Shown in pieces: positions 45,924 to 64,000 of a stretch of DNA of 64,000 nt. Origin of the DNA: the human T2T-CHM13v2.0 reference genome, Homo sapiens; assembly GCF_009914755.1 (NCBI RefSeq), contig NC_060925.1. The stretch is one strand, 5' to 3'. The position numbers were made by a program, and so were the translations under genes. A model generated the notes under the pieces. That model was not told the DNA's origin, did not search any database, and worked only from the letters and a program-made list of their open reading frames with translations. Numbering within the stretch: the first letter of the stretch is position 1; the number at the start of each line of letters is the position of its first letter.

Positions 45924-46820
45924 GCAGGTGAGCGGGCGCGTCCCCGCGACCGCGCTGCCTCCCCGAGGCGGTTCACGTAAAGCCAGCGAGGCCCTGCCTG
46001 CCAGCCGGGAAGGAGGCGTGGTTATGGAGCTGGCGGCTGCAACCCCGGGGCCCGCGCCGCTGCCTAGCGCTTCCCGGGGGCTCTTTGGGGACGCGCCCCC
46101 CGCCGCGGCTCGGGGACCCGTAGAGCCCGGCGCTGCGCGGTTGGCCCTTCTCCCGCGCCCCGCGCTCACCCTCCTGCTCCTCCTCATGGCCGCTGTTATC
46201 AGGTGCCTGGAGCAGGCCTAGACCACCGACTGGAGGGCCACCCTGAAGACCATCCGGAACGGCGTTCATAAGATAGACACGTACCTGAACGCCGCCTTGG
46301 ACCTCCTGGGAGGCGAGGACGGTCTCTGCCAGTATAAATGCAGTGACGGATCTAAGCCTTTCCCACGTTATGGTTATAAACCCTCCCCACCGAATGGATG
46401 TGGCTCTCCACTGTTTGGCGTTCATCTTAACATTGGTATCCCTTCCCTGACAAAGTGTTGCAACTAACACGACAGGTGCTATGAGAACTGTGGCAAAAGC
46501 AAGAATGACTGTGATGAGAAATTCCAGTATTGCCTCTCCAAGATCTGCCGAGAAGTACAGAAAACACTAGGACTAACTTAGCATGTTCAGGCATGTGAAA
46601 CAACAATGGAGCTCTTGTTTGACAGTGTTATACATTTAGGTTGTAAACCATATCTGGACAGCCAACGAGCCACATGCAGGTGTCATTATGAAGAAAAAAC
46701 CGATATTTAAAGGAGATGCTGACAGCTGGTGACAGATGAAGACGGAAGAACATAACCTTTGACAAATAACTAATGTTTTTACAACATAAAACTATCTGAT
46801 TTTTGTGAAAAAAGAAAAAC
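45924..46820 (+). pseudogene. PLA2G12AP1: Processed pseudogene of group XIIA secretory phospholipase A2 (PLA2G12A)
   Basis: Intronless 570-nt former CDS 46141-46710 (xALLPRPALTLLLLLMAAV...TDWRATLKTIRNGVHKIDTYLNAALDLLGGEDGLCQYKC...CCN*HDRCY...); start is TTG; in-frame stops at 46219, 46465 and 46579; GC-rich 5'UTR remnant; A-rich tail ~46808-46823. Confidence 0.93.
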
Positions 46821-47239
46821 AAACATAGTTGGAGCTACCTGTACATCTCCCATATTGCAACACCTCCCTTTCCCAAAGATGTACCCATTATCCTAAATTT
46901 AGTGTTTATTATTCCTGAGCATTTCTATTTCTGTGTAGGTATCCTTAAGCAATACATAGTATTTTTTTTGCCAGCTTTTAAAAATTATATCATTGGTTAC
47001 ATACAGTGTAATTCTTCAACCTTTTTCTACTCAACCCTGTTTGTAAGCTTCACTCAAATTGACATGTATACTGTATCTAGTTAGCTGATTTTCATTTCTG
47101 TTATGATTCCATAGCATGAAAATAAGTCACTTTCCCAATGGCTTACCATTATAGAGTGCTATGAACTTTTTGTATATGACTCTTGGTGTACGTATGTGAA
47201 TTTCTCTAGAGCATATACTTAGGAATGGAATTGCTGGCT

Positions 47240-47278
47240 GCATTAGTCAGGTTTCTCTAGAGGAACAGAACTAATAGG

Positions 47279-47312
<34 letters not shown>

Positions 47313-47402
47313 ATATATATATGTGTGTGTGTGTGTATATATATGTGTGTATATATATATATGTGTATATATATATATAGTCCCACAATAGGCTGTCTGC
47401 AT
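47240..47402 (-). mobile_element. MLT2-type LTR fragment with a (TA/TG)n microsatellite (47279-47379)
   Basis: attagtcaggtttctctagaggaacagaactaataggatata...agtcccacaataggctgtctgca. Confidence 0.75.
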
Positions 47403-47425
47403 GCTCTATTAACCATCACACTGGC

Positions 47426-47780
47426 TGATATGGTTTGGCTCTGTGTTCCCACCCAAATCTCATCTTGAATAGTAATCCCATAATCCCCATGTGTCCTGGG
47501 AGGCATCTTGTGGGAGGTAATTGAATCATGGTTTCCTTCATGCTGTTCTTGTGATAGGAGTGAGTTCTCACGAGATCTGATGGTTTTATAAGCATCTGGC
47601 ATTTCCCCTGCTGGCACTCATTCTCTCTCCTGCTGCCCTGTGAAGAGGTGCCTTTCACCATGATTTTAAGTTTCCTGAGGGCTCCCCAGCCATGTGGAAC
47701 TGTGAGTCAATTAAACCTCTTTTCTTTATAAATTACGCAGTCTCAGGTATTTCTTCATAGCGCGAGGACAGACTAATACA
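47426..47780 (+). mobile_element. THE1 (MaLR) solo LTR
   Basis: TGATATGGTTTGGCTCTGTG...GACTAATACA; 5-bp TSD ctggc on both sides. Confidence 0.93.
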
Positions 47781-48024
47781 CTGGCTCATACAATTTCTTG
47801 CATTTCCTAGGCTAAGATTCACCAAATAATCTTCAAAAGTCATTCCACCTCCATCAGCAGGGTATTGGGGTCCCAGTTGTTCTGTGTAACCATAGAAAGG
47901 TTTTCTAATAGATGTGAAATGGTTTTGGTTTGCATGCCTCTTTTACTGTTTCCATTTTCTTGGTCATTCGTGTTTCTTCTTTGGATGACTTATTTGTTAT
48001 TTACCCATTTTTTTCTTTTTCCTT

Positions 48025-49962
<1,938 letters not shown>

Positions 49963-50311
49963 CTAAATTTTATTTATATTATTTGAAACTTAAGACAGAT
50001 AATGACATACAGTGAAAAGTCCTCCTCTAACCCCTAACCCTGGCCATCTGATTCTTTCCATCTGATTCTTTCCAGAGGTAATCAGTGTAACCAGTTTTTT
50101 GCATACTCTCCCAGAACTATTTTATATAGATACAAGTAAATCGTGTACTTATATTTTATATATGTTAGCATTAAATAAATGGCAGGCCTAGTAACAGAAA
50201 TAAAAGTCACATGGAAGGACTATTGTAGGAAGGACAGTTTGGTTTCATAATCAGATGTTTGTAATGATTATAATGTAATAACTTCACAAACACTCAGGAA
50301 AAAGCAAATTA

Positions 50312-50317
50312 TTTAAT
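50312..50317 (-). terminator. ORC1: ORC1 polyadenylation signal (ATTAAA)
   Basis: TTTAAT on +, ~330 nt after the stop. Confidence 0.65.
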
Positions 50318-50394
50318 GGAAAATTCCAAAATACATGAGAGCCATTTCCATTCAATATACTTTGTTACAACAATTCCATGTACTTCCAAAATCA

Positions 50395-63570
<13,176 letters not shown>

Positions 63571-64000
63571 TCACCTCACATTGCATAAACTTTGTTCATC
63601 GTCCAAATATGGTTTCTTTTTTCTAATGTATGTATAGTATCAGGATTTATAACAATATCAGTCTGAGGAAAGAATTAAGTTTGGATGAAATACTATTTAA
63701 AAGTAAAATATTATCTTGAAAGACAAGAAATGTTTAAGACACCCTAACTACTCTGCCCAAATACAGAAGAGAAGAGGAGGCATAAACTAGGTTTGATTCA
63801 TTAGATCTTTCCCTGGGCTTATTTGAAGATATGGCCAAGCATCAGCCCAGGACTTCCATGGCCCACGGTGCGGGACCTGGAGAAACCTTGGCAGATTTTT
63901 CCACTCCAAACCCCCAGGTCACCGCTTAGTGTAGTCTAACAGCCCTCTATCTTCTTCCTTGCTCATGGCTTGCTAGAACAAGCCTGCTGCTGCTTCCCTC

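Noticed and set aside
45973-46470. 165-aa minus-strand ORF
   Set aside because: Antisense shadow of the PLA2G12A retrocopy
50028-50074. taacccctaaccc and a 14-bp tandem duplication
   Set aside because: Too short for an interstitial telomere; ordinary slippage in old L1

Overview
Human (primate) genomic DNA, very Alu-rich, recognisable as the ZFYVE9-CC2D1B-ORC1 locus (1p32, from recall). It contains: (1) the last six coding exons and 3'UTR of ZFYVE9/SARA on + (10237-23686; 279 aa + stop); (2) the complete CC2D1B gene on - (non-coding exon 1 in a CpG island at ~43.5-43.7 kb, 23 coding exons splicing to 858 aa, and a non-coding last exon ending near 28.06 kb); (3) an intronless PLA2G12A retrocopy on + (45.9-46.8 kb); (4) the last nine coding exons and 3'UTR of ORC1 on - (63414-50646; 400 aa + stop). 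I traced the exon boundaries by hand via GT-AG sites and frame continuity. Repeat coordinates are approximate and subfamily names come from pattern recognition. I see no wholly new gene system. The best leads are: a MER41B-type LTR with two intact STAT GAS sites in a ZFYVE9 intron; a new 65-aa ORF with a strong Kozak context in the PLA2G12A retrocopy; a THE1 solo LTR with a DUX4 motif; G-quadruplex and overlapping miRNA sites in the ZFYVE9 3'UTR; inverted Alu pairs; and a shared intron position in the CC2D1B DM14 repeats.
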